Below, in pieces: positions 15,639 through 24,940 of a stretch of DNA of 29,167 nucleotides. Source of the stretch: a virus (Duplodnaviria; Caudoviricetes); the IMG/VR virus record IMGVR_UViG_3300007344_000166, positions 1 to 29,167 of that record. One strand, given 5' to 3'. Made by a program: the position numbers and the translations under genes. Under the pieces are notes generated by a model. That model did no database searches and was not told the origin of the DNA. It saw only the letters and a program-made list of their open reading frames with translations. Every line of letters begins with the position of its first letter. Position 1 is the stretch's first letter.

Positions 15639-16637
15639 ATGACCGATGCCCCCACCGCCGAACCGACCGCCCTCCAACAGCAGTCCCAAGACCCCCCGGC
15701 CACGCCGCCCAGCCAATCCGCGCCCCGGCCCACCCGCCTCGCCGCTGCCGCTGGTGACCCCCCGGCCACCCCGGCTACTCCGCAGGCCGCGCCCGTGACC
15801 ACGCAGGCCCCCGCCCGGGGACCAGTCCAACCCACCGCCCAACCGGACAACACGCCACCCCTCCTCGGAGACGATCTGTCCCTCCGCCCCGGATGGGTCG
15901 ACGCCCTCCCCGAGGAATACCGCGAGCACTACAAGACCGGCGCGAAATTCGACAATCTTGGAGGCCTCCTCAAATCCTATTCCAACCTCGAACGCCTCCG
16001 CAGCATTCCTTTACGCGACGCACCCGACGAGGTGAAAGCCGCTTTCCGCGACGCCAACAAAATCCCCGGAGATCCCGCCGAGTTTGCCAAACAAATCCCT
16101 CTCCCGGAAGGACAGGAGATCCCGCCGGAGCTCATTGCCCGCGCTGCCCAAGCCGGCCTCGAGGCCAACATGCACCCGTCGCAGATGGGCGCCATGATCG
16201 ACTTCCAGCTCCAACTTTCCCAAGACGCCCTCACCCAGGCCGAGCAATCCGCCCAAGCCGAGAAGGACAAAGCCTTCGAAGCGCTCGAAAAGGAATGGGG
16301 ACGCGACACCGAAGCCAATTACAGCAACGCCACCAGCGCCGCGAAAATGCTTGGCCTCGACATCGCCGACCCAAACATCGGAGACAATCCCTCCCTCATC
16401 GGAGCCCTCGCCAAACTCCACGCCAAGCTCGATGAAGACACCCTTCGCAGCGTCGCCAATGCCGGACCCGTGAATTCTGGAGGTGGCATGGGAGACCGCG
16501 CCAAGGCCCGCGACATCGTGAACAACCCCGCCAACCCGCTTTACAAGCCTTACCACGACCCCAGCGACCCCGCGCACGAACGCGCCCACCAGCAGGTGGA
16601 TCTGTTCAATGCGGCCGCCACCGGCTTCCGCCCGTGA
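15639..16637 (+). CDS. Capsid scaffolding protein
   Basis: Pro/Ala-rich N-terminus, KSYSNLE, LEKEWG motifs; between portal and capsid. Confidence 0.82.
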   Translation: MTDAPTAEPTALQQQSQDPPATPPSQSAPRPTRLAAAAGDPPATPATPQAAPVTTQAPARGPVQPTAQPDNTPPLLGDDLSLRPGWVDALPEEYREHYKTGAKFDNLGGLLKSYSNLERLRSIPLRDAPDEVKAAFRDANKIPGDPAEFAKQIPLPEGQEIPPELIARAAQAGLEANMHPSQMGAMIDFQLQLSQDALTQAEQSAQAEKDKAFEALEKEWGRDTEANYSNATSAAKMLGLDIADPNIGDNPSLIGALAKLHAKLDEDTLRSVANAGPVNSGGGMGDRAKARDIVNNPANPLYKPYHDPSDPAHERAHQQVDLFNAAATGFRP

Positions 16638-16646
16638 TAAAATAAT

Positions 16647-16724
16647 GCGTAGGCCCTTCCCGGCGAGGCTCTTCGATGGCTAGGGGAACTCAGAGAAAAC
16701 CCATGACCCGGGAAGGTCCTACGC
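16647..16724. ncRNA. Putative structured RNA: 17-bp stem closing a 44-nt loop; strand unknown
   Basis: gcgtaggcccttcccgg pairs with ccgggaaggtcctacgc at 16/17. Confidence 0.5.
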
Positions 16725-16729
16725 TCCAC

Positions 16730-16930
16730 TTTTCTCTGACTCGATGGCATCGGTAATGTTTAACTACCCAGGGCGCCAAAGCTGGCCTCTTGGCTTGCTA
16801 CTGGTGAAAACAGGCAAACTGCCTCGACCCTACCTGGCACGCGACCGGAGATAGGGCAAAAGATCGAAGCGCCGGATACGTTGGCAGTCGTCAAAAAAGC
16901 CGGATTCCGGTGCCATCGACTCAGAGAAAA
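16730..16930. repeat. 24-bp inverted repeats (16730..16753 and 16907..16930) flanking 153 bp
   Basis: ttttctctgactcgatggcatcgg versus ccggtgccatcgactcagagaaaa, 22/24 complementary. Confidence 0.9.
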
Positions 16931-16947
16931 AACCCACGCCCCGCCTC

Positions 16948-16977
16948 ACCGCGCCACCACTGGCGCGGTTTTTTGTT
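16948..16977 (+). terminator. Rho-independent terminator
   Basis: accgcgcca-ccac-tggcgcggt followed by a T run. Confidence 0.8.
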
Positions 16978-17199
16978 GACGCACACCCGCGCCCGTGCTT
17001 AAACGGGCCCACAGCTTGGCAGAGGACAATCCTTTCGGACCCGCTCCCAAGTCATTCCCAGGGATGAATTGAAACTCCCCAGGTCTCACGACCCGCGCAA
17101 ACGCGCCTCCCCGGTCAATCCGCATGGACCCGGTTGGATGGAGCCGACGCCGGCCAATCAAAGCCGCCCTCGAACCCAAACCCAACCCACTCAAAAACC

Positions 17200-18141
17200 A
17201 TGCCCACTGATATGACCGTGCCTGATCATTACCAGATCAAGTATGCCGACACCTTCGAATCTCGCCTTCAACAGAAGGTGAACCGCCTCGCCCCTTTCGT
17301 CACCGTGAAGCCGGACGCGAAAGGCAAGGTCTGCTTCCTGGACCAGATCCAGCCCATCGACCTCGACCAGAAGACCAGCCGCCACGAGAAATCCCAGCTC
17401 ACCGAGCCGGATACCCTCCGCCGCGCGATGGTCGCCAAGACCTTCCACAAGATGATTGGCTTTGACGAGGACGACGAATTCAAGCTCAACAGCCAATCCG
17501 TCCCCATGCCGGAAACCGCCATGCAGCTCATGTATGGAGCGCAGCGCGCCATGGAGAAGGTCGTCATCGACGGCATCTCTGGCGTGAACCAAGTCGGCAA
17601 CGGAGCCAATGACCTCCTCACCACCGAAACCTTCCCAAACGCGAATGAAATCGCCGTGACCGAAGGCTCCGCCGGTGGTGGCACCAACACCAACATGCCC
17701 ATCGACAAGGTGATGGCCGCTATCGAGAAACTGATGGTCGACGAGGCTTTCGGCCAAGCAAACGACGACGGCCTCGAAATGCCCTGCCTTGCCCTTGGAC
17801 CCTCGCAGCTTGTCGACTTGATCCGCCAGACCAAGGCCAGCTCGAAGGACTACCAGCCCGGAGACAACCTCGCCCTCTTCACTGGTCGCCTTGAGCAGAT
17901 TCTCGGATGCAAGATCCTCCTTACCAACCAGCTCGAGGTCGCTTCCAACATCCGCACTTGCCTTGCTTGGGTGAAACCGTCCGTCGGCTTTGGCCTCTGG
18001 AAGAACTACTCGACCCACCTTTGGGTGGACGAGGAAACCGGTGGCCCTCGCCTCCGCGTTCACATGGCCTGCGGAGCCGCCCGCCGGGACACCAAGGGAG
18101 TCTTCAAGCTCTTTGCCGACGAGACCAAGAAATCCGCCTAA
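17200..18141 (+). CDS. Major capsid protein, 313 aa
   Basis: LQQKVNRL N-terminal motif, GAARRD C-terminal motif, size, position after scaffold, followed by a strong hairpin. Confidence 0.88.
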   Translation: MPTDMTVPDHYQIKYADTFESRLQQKVNRLAPFVTVKPDAKGKVCFLDQIQPIDLDQKTSRHEKSQLTEPDTLRRAMVAKTFHKMIGFDEDDEFKLNSQSVPMPETAMQLMYGAQRAMEKVVIDGISGVNQVGNGANDLLTTETFPNANEIAVTEGSAGGGTNTNMPIDKVMAAIEKLMVDEAFGQANDDGLEMPCLALGPSQLVDLIRQTKASSKDYQPGDNLALFTGRLEQILGCKILLTNQLEVASNIRTCLAWVKPSVGFGLWKNYSTHLWVDEETGGPRLRVHMACGAARRDTKGVFKLFADETKKSA

Positions 18142-18157
18142 CCCAAACCCTCAAAAC

Positions 18158-18194
18158 TAAAAAGGGGGGAGGCCCCACGCTTCCCCCCTTTTTA
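18158..18194 (+). terminator. Terminator hairpin after capsid gene, potentially bidirectional
   Basis: taaaaaggggggagg...cttcccccc-ttttta. Confidence 0.78.
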
Positions 18195-18211
18195 ACAACC
18201 CAGCAAATACC

Positions 18212-18658
18212 ATGGCCTCTTACACTATTGATTCCGACGTCGCAGCCGACCAGGCCGCCGCGCGCGAAAACTCCGCCCTTCTCGTCAGGGACGGCACCAA
18301 ACTCACCGGCAACGTGCAAGCACTCACCGCCCGCGTGACCACTGATCAAGCTTACCTCAACGGAGACGTCATCACGATCAACGTGGGCTGTCTTCCGAAA
18401 GGAGTCCGCATTCTCCCGGGGGGTTCTTCAGTTGTCTCCGACCAATCCAGCGCTTATTCCGCTACTTTGATCGAAGGAACCGGCAGCGAAATGATTCTGG
18501 AGACGGATCAAACCATGATCCAACAGCCCAAAATTCTTGGGCCGCTTACCCAAGTAACCACCGCGCTTTGCCACATCACTTGCGACGTGACCCTTGGCGC
18601 CAACCTCGCCAGTGGCTCCACTTTTGAAATTACCGTGCTCTACGCCTCCCCCGCTTAA
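18212..18658 (+). CDS. Putative capsid decoration/cement protein, paralog 1
   Basis: 148 aa, beta-rich, directly after capsid gene. Confidence 0.55.
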   Translation: MASYTIDSDVAADQAAARENSALLVRDGTKLTGNVQALTARVTTDQAYLNGDVITINVGCLPKGVRILPGGSSVVSDQSSAYSATLIEGTGSEMILETDQTMIQQPKILGPLTQVTTALCHITCDVTLGANLASGSTFEITVLYASPA

Positions 18659-18661
18659 ACC

Positions 18662-19108
18662 ATGGCCGCTTATTCCTTCGACTCGGACCTCGCGACCGAC
18701 CAGGACCTCGCTTTCGGCGATTCCGCCAAGCTGGTCCGCGATGGCACGCGCCTGACCGGTAACCTGCAATCCTCGATTGCTCGATACGCTGCCGCCGATG
18801 TTTACGCCAATGGTGACACCGTCACCGTAAAGCTTGGCACTCTCCCGGCTGGCGTCCGCATCATCCCCCAGCTTTGTGGCATCGCCCGCACCGCCGGAGG
18901 AACTTACACCTGGCAGGTGAAGGAAGCCGCAAACGACAATGTCATTTTGTCGGGCTCCGCCACCACCAGCACCCCCGCTCTCTTCTCGGACTTTGCCGAG
19001 CAGAAGCTCACCGCCCCCACGGAGGTGATTCTCGTCCTGACTCTCGGAGCCGCCCTCCCGGCTTCTTTTGTCGCCGAGATCCTTCTCACCTACGCTGCCC
19101 CCGCTTAA
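18662..19108 (+). CDS. Putative capsid decoration/cement protein, paralog 2
   Basis: 148 aa; shares DSD.A.DQ, LVRDGT.LTGN.Q, LP.GVRI.P and YA.PA with paralog 1. Confidence 0.55.
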   Translation: MAAYSFDSDLATDQDLAFGDSAKLVRDGTRLTGNLQSSIARYAAADVYANGDTVTVKLGTLPAGVRIIPQLCGIARTAGGTYTWQVKEAANDNVILSGSATTSTPALFSDFAEQKLTAPTEVILVLTLGAALPASFVAEILLTYAAPA

Positions 19109-19115
19109 CCCACCC

Positions 19116-19766
19116 ATGACTGACCTCGACTTGGCAAATCGGGCCCTTTCCCTTTTGGGCGAGGGCTCGATTGCCGAGTTGAGCGAAGCCGCCGCCGCGT
19201 CCGATGACCGCGTCGCGCATTGCCTACGAATGCTCCCTCACGCCAAGGGAGAATTCCTCACCCTTTACGATTGGGGTTTCGCCCGAGCCCAAGCCGAGCT
19301 TGTCGCCGCCTCCTCGCCCCCGTTGAATTGGGACTTCGCCCACACCCTCCCAGATTCTTTCCGGCGCCTGGTCGCAGTTTACACCGCCGCCGAAGCCTCC
19401 TCGCCGGCCGGAGCATGGGAAAAGGTGGAACGCTTTGCTCTCGGAGGCGGAGTGATCCGCAGCGATTACGAATTCCTCGCCATTGAATACGTGAACGACG
19501 CTCCTTTCACTCTCTGGCCCGCTTACGCCATTGCCGCCATCGCGCGACTCCTCGCCCATTATCTCGCCATCCCGGTGACCGGCCAACCGGACATCGCGCA
19601 GTTGATGCTTTCCACTTACGAGCAACGCGACCGGCCCAACGCACTTTACCAGGACGCCACGCAGTGGGCCTCAAATGAAAACCACGAACCGGCCATGCTT
19701 CTTTCCCGCTCGACTCTCATCACCGAGCGAAGCCGCGGCCTGACTTCTTACGACGAAGGATATTGA
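19116..19766 (+). CDS. Tail tubular protein A / adaptor (T7 gp11-like)
   Basis: LANRALSLLGE...WGFA...LP motif; size and position. Confidence 0.85.
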   Translation: MTDLDLANRALSLLGEGSIAELSEAAAASDDRVAHCLRMLPHAKGEFLTLYDWGFARAQAELVAASSPPLNWDFAHTLPDSFRRLVAVYTAAEASSPAGAWEKVERFALGGGVIRSDYEFLAIEYVNDAPFTLWPAYAIAAIARLLAHYLAIPVTGQPDIAQLMLSTYEQRDRPNALYQDATQWASNENHEPAMLLSRSTLITERSRGLTSYDEGY

Positions 19767-19781
19767 CCCCTCCCCGCACCC

Positions 19782-22247
19782 ATGAGAGTTGATCGCAATT
19801 CATTCAACGGCGGGGAACTTTCCGATTGGCTCGATTCCCGCTCAGACCTTTACAAACGCGCCTCCGGCTGCCGTACGCTGGAAAATTGCCATGTGATCCG
19901 ATACGGCGGAGCCCGCCGCCGCTCCGGATTTGTCCTCGCCGGGAAGGCCGCCGCCGATACCGTCCGCCTCGAAGGTTTCAATTTCTCCCGCACGACCGGA
20001 TACATCCTGGAATTCTCCCAGTTCAAAATCCGCTTTTGGAATCGCGACGGCTCACCTGTCGAATCGTCCCCGGGCACTCCCTACGAACTCACCACCCCTT
20101 ACCTCGAGGCCGATCTTTTCCGCCTCGATTTCGCGCAGCAAAACGACGTCATCATCGTCACCCACCCAGCCCACCATCCGCAATGCCTGAAGCACGCAGG
20201 CCCGACCGCGTGGGAACTCTACCCCGTGCCATGGCTGGTCCGCCCGTGGTCGGATTTCAACGACACCGCCACGACCGTAACGGTTTCCAAATCGGGAGCC
20301 GATACCCTGGTCACCTTCTCCGCCAACACGCTTTCTTCCGCGTGGACGGACTCTTACCTCCGCGTCCGCCGCGCCGTGGATTCAACCTTGGAAACGACCT
20401 CCTTCCGCAATGTCTGGCGACCCCCTGATCTCCCGGCAGAATATGACACCGTGGAGTTTGTCAGGTCCTCCCTCTACGATCCCGACCCCGCCACCAATGG
20501 CCGCAAGTCCCATGTGTTTCTCCGCGATGGCTACGGTTCCGCGTCCGGCCACCACACGCTTTTCCGGTGCATCGCCCCTTACGATGGCACCGGCACTTCT
20601 TCGGACCCCAACGATTACCCCGCCAATTTCGCCCCAGGCATCATCGCCCTTGGCCCCATCCTTGTGACCGGCCGATGGGAATTTGAAACGAAAGGAACGT
20701 GGACCGGCACTTGGCGGGTGGAACGCTCTTACGATTCTGGCTCGACATGGGACGAGGTCGGCACCGCGTTTTCGATCAATGATTCCAACACCTTGATTTC
20801 CGAAGAGGAAGATCCCGACCGCCCCGCCCTTTTCCGGGTGCTGGCCATGTCCTCGACCTACCTCCCTTCCGAATCCGTTTATTTCCGCGCCCTCGACGGC
20901 TCCATCACCGCCGAATACCAGATCCAATCCGTTTATTCCGCGACGTCCGCCAAGGTGATCCCCGGCGCCAATGCCGACGACTTCCCCCTGGGCGAGGCCT
21001 CGACCGATTGGTCGGATGATGCGTTCTCCGAAAAAAACGGCTTCCCGGCCGTGACGACGTTCCACGAAAGCCGCCTCTTTTTCGCCGCGACGGACGCCGA
21101 GCCGGAGCGACTTTGGGCCTCGAAGACCGACGCGTTTTTCTCGTTTCCCTACGGCACCGAGGCCGCCGACGCTTTCACGTTCGTCCTGAATGCCAACCGC
21201 TACAACGCGATTGTGTGGCTTTGTTCCCAGCAGGCTCTTTTGATTGGCACGACCGGCGCCGAATGGTCCTCCTTCACCACCGAGGGAGGCCCCATGACTC
21301 CGGAAACGACCAACTTTCACCTCCACACCCACCACGGCAGCGACCCGAACCCGGGATTGGTTCTTTCGGACGCCGCTGTTTTCGTGCAGCGCCAAGGCCG
21401 CAAGATCCGCGAGTTCGCCCCCTCCCCCCAAGGCCTGGGCATTTACGCCTCGCCCGATCTCACGGAGCTCGCCGAGCACATCACCCGCGGAGGAATCAAG
21501 CAGCTTGCCAAACGGGACTCGCCCGACACCGAGCTTTTCGCCCTCCGGAACGACGGGACCATCGCCAACATGATCTTCGAACGCTCTCAGCAGATTTACG
21601 CCTGGAGTCGATGGACCACTTCCGGCCAGTTCACCAGCATCGCGACGACCTACGGAGACGGCGAGGACGACGCGGTTTTCGTGGCCGTGGTTCGAAATGT
21701 CGGGGGGACCGATCAAACTTTCATCGAATACCTCGCTCCGGACGGCATCCGCACGGAGGAGAATGCCACCGCCGCCGATTTCATTTCTCTCGATCATGCC
21801 CAGACCACCACTTCCCTTGCCGCCGAATACGCCGGGAAAATCCTCGCCGCGCAAGATGGCTTTGAAGATCTTGGCGATTTCACCGTCGCCGGAGACGGCA
21901 CCGTGCCCCTTTCCGGAGGAGAATCCAATCCGGTGGTGGGATTCAATTTTGTCACAGACATCGAACCTACACCATTCGAGCTTGGAGGCCACGCCAACAA
22001 GGTTTCCCACCAGTCCGCCCACATCCGCCTCCGGTATTCCAGCAATTTCAAAATCGGCACTTCGGACCGCTCCCGCTTCAATGCCATTGCCATCGCCCCA
22101 GCCGACCACTCGCCCGTGAACGTGGACAAGGTGATTTCCGCGCCGGGAAAATTCGACCGCAACAGCTCAATCGTGATCCGCAAGGACCGCCCGGGACCGC
22201 TCTCAGTGGTCTCCATCGACCTCGAAACTCAAACCGGAACTCTCTGA
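19782..22247 (+). CDS. Tail tubular protein B / nozzle (T7 gp12, P22 gp10-like)
   Basis: SFNGGELS, GGARRRSG, FPAVTTFHESRLFFA, LWASKT, AWSRW; 821 aa. Confidence 0.9.
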   Translation: MRVDRNSFNGGELSDWLDSRSDLYKRASGCRTLENCHVIRYGGARRRSGFVLAGKAAADTVRLEGFNFSRTTGYILEFSQFKIRFWNRDGSPVESSPGTPYELTTPYLEADLFRLDFAQQNDVIIVTHPAHHPQCLKHAGPTAWELYPVPWLVRPWSDFNDTATTVTVSKSGADTLVTFSANTLSSAWTDSYLRVRRAVDSTLETTSFRNVWRPPDLPAEYDTVEFVRSSLYDPDPATNGRKSHVFLRDGYGSASGHHTLFRCIAPYDGTGTSSDPNDYPANFAPGIIALGPILVTGRWEFETKGTWTGTWRVERSYDSGSTWDEVGTAFSINDSNTLISEEEDPDRPALFRVLAMSSTYLPSESVYFRALDGSITAEYQIQSVYSATSAKVIPGANADDFPLGEASTDWSDDAFSEKNGFPAVTTFHESRLFFAATDAEPERLWASKTDAFFSFPYGTEAADAFTFVLNANRYNAIVWLCSQQALLIGTTGAEWSSFTTEGGPMTPETTNFHLHTHHGSDPNPGLVLSDAAVFVQRQGRKIREFAPSPQGLGIYASPDLTELAEHITRGGIKQLAKRDSPDTELFALRNDGTIANMIFERSQQIYAWSRWTTSGQFTSIATTYGDGEDDAVFVAVVRNVGGTDQTFIEYLAPDGIRTEENATAADFISLDHAQTTTSLAAEYAGKILAAQDGFEDLGDFTVAGDGTVPLSGGESNPVVGFNFVTDIEPTPFELGGHANKVSHQSAHIRLRYSSNFKIGTSDRSRFNAIAIAPADHSPVNVDKVISAPGKFDRNSSIVIRKDRPGPLSVVSIDLETQTGTL

Positions 22248-22250
22248 CCC

Positions 22251-22772
22251 ATGGGATTTGACCCTCTCTCTCTCGGACTCATGGCCGCCGGTGCCGGAGT
22301 CAACTACGCCGCCGGCCAATACTCCGCGCAAGCTCAAGAAGAATCCGCCCGATACCAAGCCGACCTCCTCGACCAGCAGGCCGAGCAGGAACGCGAAACG
22401 AACATCGAAAACCGCGCCCGCCGCCAAGCCAATGCCGACCGCTATCTTTCCCAAGTTTTCGTGCAGTCCGCCAACACTGGCACGGTGGCCAGCGCCGGAA
22501 CGTCCCGCCTTCTCCTCGAGGACATTTCCTCTCGAGTGGAGCAGGACCTCGAGGATTTTATCAACGCTTCCCAAAACCGCGTGACCCGCCTCGAATCCTC
22601 CTCGACGATAGCCCAATGGTCCGGCACGCAGACCGCGCGCGCGACTCGCCTTCAATCAGCCGGTGGCCTTCTCGCCGACACCGTCCGCCTCTCCGCTGGT
22701 ATCGCTGACTACCTCGACCAGCAGGCCGATCCCCAGCGCAATCCTTCCCGCTCTTATTCTTTGTTCCAGTAA
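22251..22772 (+). CDS. Internal virion (ejection) protein 1, gp14-like
   Basis: Hydrophobic Ala/Gly N-terminus plus Gln/Ala-rich helix; position after nozzle. Confidence 0.7.
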   Translation: MGFDPLSLGLMAAGAGVNYAAGQYSAQAQEESARYQADLLDQQAEQERETNIENRARRQANADRYLSQVFVQSANTGTVASAGTSRLLLEDISSRVEQDLEDFINASQNRVTRLESSSTIAQWSGTQTARATRLQSAGGLLADTVRLSAGIADYLDQQADPQRNPSRSYSLFQ

Positions 22773-24940
22773 TGCCCCGCGTCCCTGACTTCCAACTTCA
22801 GCAGTCCTTGGCCGTCCCCGGAGACGCCGAGGGAGTTTCCCGCACGATGCTTTCCACGGTGCAAGCCGCCACCGGTGTCGCTGGTAATCTCCTCGACGCT
22901 GGCCAGACGGTGGTAAAGACCCTGAAACGCCAGCAGCAAATCGAAGACCGAAAGACCGCCCTCGACGCCCGCTTGGGAATGCAGGCCAATCTTGCCGAGT
23001 TCGAAAGGTCGCTCGAAGGAGTCGACCCGAAGGAATGGGTTTCCCGATTCGATGAAAACGCGCAGCAATACAAATCCCAGTTTCTCGCCCAGGACTACCC
23101 GCCAAACGTCCGACGCGAACTCGAGCTCGAAGCCAATCAGGCTTTCGGACGCGCCCGCATTCAGATTGCCGGTGCCGCTCTGAAAAAAAACGTGGGCCTG
23201 ACCCGCCAGAAATACGGGCAGGAAATCGACCTCCTCACCAAGCGAGGAGAAACCGCCGCCGCCAAGGCCCGCCTCGATGAGGCCAAAAATCTCGGAATCA
23301 TCGACGATCCGGATTACGACGCGCAGGCCCAGCAGATCGACGCGTTCGAGCAGATCACCGGCCTTCACGACCTCATCCTCGACCACCCCTACAAAACCCT
23401 CAAAACAATCCAAGCGCCGGACTTTCTCAAGAAGTTTCCCGCCCTGACTCTGGCCGATCAAGCCGAACTCGAAAGCGTCGCGACCCGCGCCATCAATGCC
23501 GACCGCGCGCAATTCTGGGAGGCCGCCGTCGAGGCCGCCAACAACCCGGACAACCCGAAGATCCTCACCGACGAGGAACTTTCCACTCTGGCCGACCAAG
23601 GCCAAATCACGCAGACCCAGCGCGCCAAATACCTCGAGGCCTACCGCCCCGACACCGCCCAGCCTTTCGATCCCGCTATCTATCAAAAGGCGATCACCAT
23701 GATTCGAGGCTACACTCCCGAAAATGATCCCGACGGCTTCGAAGCCGCGACGATCCGCGAGACGCTTTCCAATCTCAACCTGCCGACAAATTACCGTCGG
23801 GAGCTTGGCAAGCGCTTCACCGCCCACCTGAACGAAGACGCCACGCCGACGCGATCCGGCAAAAAAATCCGCCCCAATCTTCGCCCCATCGAAAAGCACT
23901 TCGCCGACCTCCACAAGAAATACCTCGAAGCCGGAAAATTCGGCGGATGGATCAATCTCGAAGACCACGACCAGGACGAATCCACCGCGCCAAAGGAAGT
24001 GATCGACTTGAAAGCCTACAACCGCGCAAACGCGCTGGCCATCGACTTCCAAACAATGTGGGAAAACCATCTCGCCAACGCGCCCGAGGATTATCCTTCC
24101 ACCCAAGCCGCCCTCGATTTCGAAACGCTTTACCAAGACTTCCGTTCCAAGGGACCTTCGCCCTTTGAAATGCCAAGTCTCCCGCCGCCCGTGGATTTCG
24201 ACAAGCGCCTCCGCGACCTCATTGGAGACGAGGGAGCCAAAGGAACCCCGGGCACTCCCGGCACCGCCAACACCGACACCGCCAAAGCAAATGGCCCAAC
24301 CTACCACCTTGGCTTTTCCACTTACCCGAAGCGCCAAGCGATCTTCCGCGCCGGTGGAACTCCCATTCTCCTCGACACCAACTTCTCGACCGCCGAGGGA
24401 GGCATCGCCCACCCGCTGATGGTCATCCCCGATGAAGCAACGCAGGCCCAGCGCGACGCCGCCCAGGCTTACGTCGACCGCGTCGCCAAAACTCTCAACA
24501 GCCGATTCGGCCGCCAGATGAAAGGCCGCGTGGTGACCCGATCCGAAAACGGACGCGGTCGCGCCTACGCTTTCCACACGGAGCCTTTCGCCCTGTCAGA
24601 CCGACCCGTCGCCCGTTTCATGGCCACCCCGGAAGGTCTCGAAACCCACCGCCAGATCATCCGCGAAACGCTGGCCAAGGCCCCCGGCGCCCAGTTTTTC
24701 CTGCCCCACTCGCCGACCGATCCCGGCGCCACGGTGGGAAATCAAAGCGAGGTCTCGATGGCACGCGAACTCCTCCGCGGATTCTCGACCGACCTCCCGC
24801 CCGCAGCTCTCACCGCCCCCCGGCCCGAGGCCCAAACTCTTTGGCACCGCACTACCCGCCCCACTTCTCCCGCTGAAATTCGCGAAGGCCTCGACGAGCT
24901 CGACACCCTCCGCGCCATCCACAAGCACTCCCAGCAATGA
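22772..24940 (+). CDS. Internal virion (ejection) protein 2, gp15-like, with C-terminal globular domain
   Basis: MPRVP start, long helical region, position; 722 aa. Confidence 0.68.
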   Translation: MPRVPDFQLQQSLAVPGDAEGVSRTMLSTVQAATGVAGNLLDAGQTVVKTLKRQQQIEDRKTALDARLGMQANLAEFERSLEGVDPKEWVSRFDENAQQYKSQFLAQDYPPNVRRELELEANQAFGRARIQIAGAALKKNVGLTRQKYGQEIDLLTKRGETAAAKARLDEAKNLGIIDDPDYDAQAQQIDAFEQITGLHDLILDHPYKTLKTIQAPDFLKKFPALTLADQAELESVATRAINADRAQFWEAAVEAANNPDNPKILTDEELSTLADQGQITQTQRAKYLEAYRPDTAQPFDPAIYQKAITMIRGYTPENDPDGFEAATIRETLSNLNLPTNYRRELGKRFTAHLNEDATPTRSGKKIRPNLRPIEKHFADLHKKYLEAGKFGGWINLEDHDQDESTAPKEVIDLKAYNRANALAIDFQTMWENHLANAPEDYPSTQAALDFETLYQDFRSKGPSPFEMPSLPPPVDFDKRLRDLIGDEGAKGTPGTPGTANTDTAKANGPTYHLGFSTYPKRQAIFRAGGTPILLDTNFSTAEGGIAHPLMVIPDEATQAQRDAAQAYVDRVAKTLNSRFGRQMKGRVVTRSENGRGRAYAFHTEPFALSDRPVARFMATPEGLETHRQIIRETLAKAPGAQFFLPHSPTDPGATVGNQSEVSMARELLRGFSTDLPPAALTAPRPEAQTLWHRTTRPTSPAEIREGLDELDTLRAIHKHSQQ

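Noticed and set aside
16647-16724. Simple terminator for the scaffold gene
   Set aside because: Loop is 44 nt and no T run directly follows the stem; a canonical terminator lies at 16948-16977.
16730-16930. Retron msr/msd bounded by a1/a2 repeats
   Set aside because: No reverse transcriptase nearby and no long msd-type hairpin inside; not supportable here.
18100-18160. T7 gp10B-style programmed frameshift at capsid end
   Set aside because: No slippery heptamer before the stop and a terminator hairpin follows.
20382-24577. Long - strand ORFs 20382..22109 and 22754..24577
   Set aside because: Antisense to clear tail and ejection genes.
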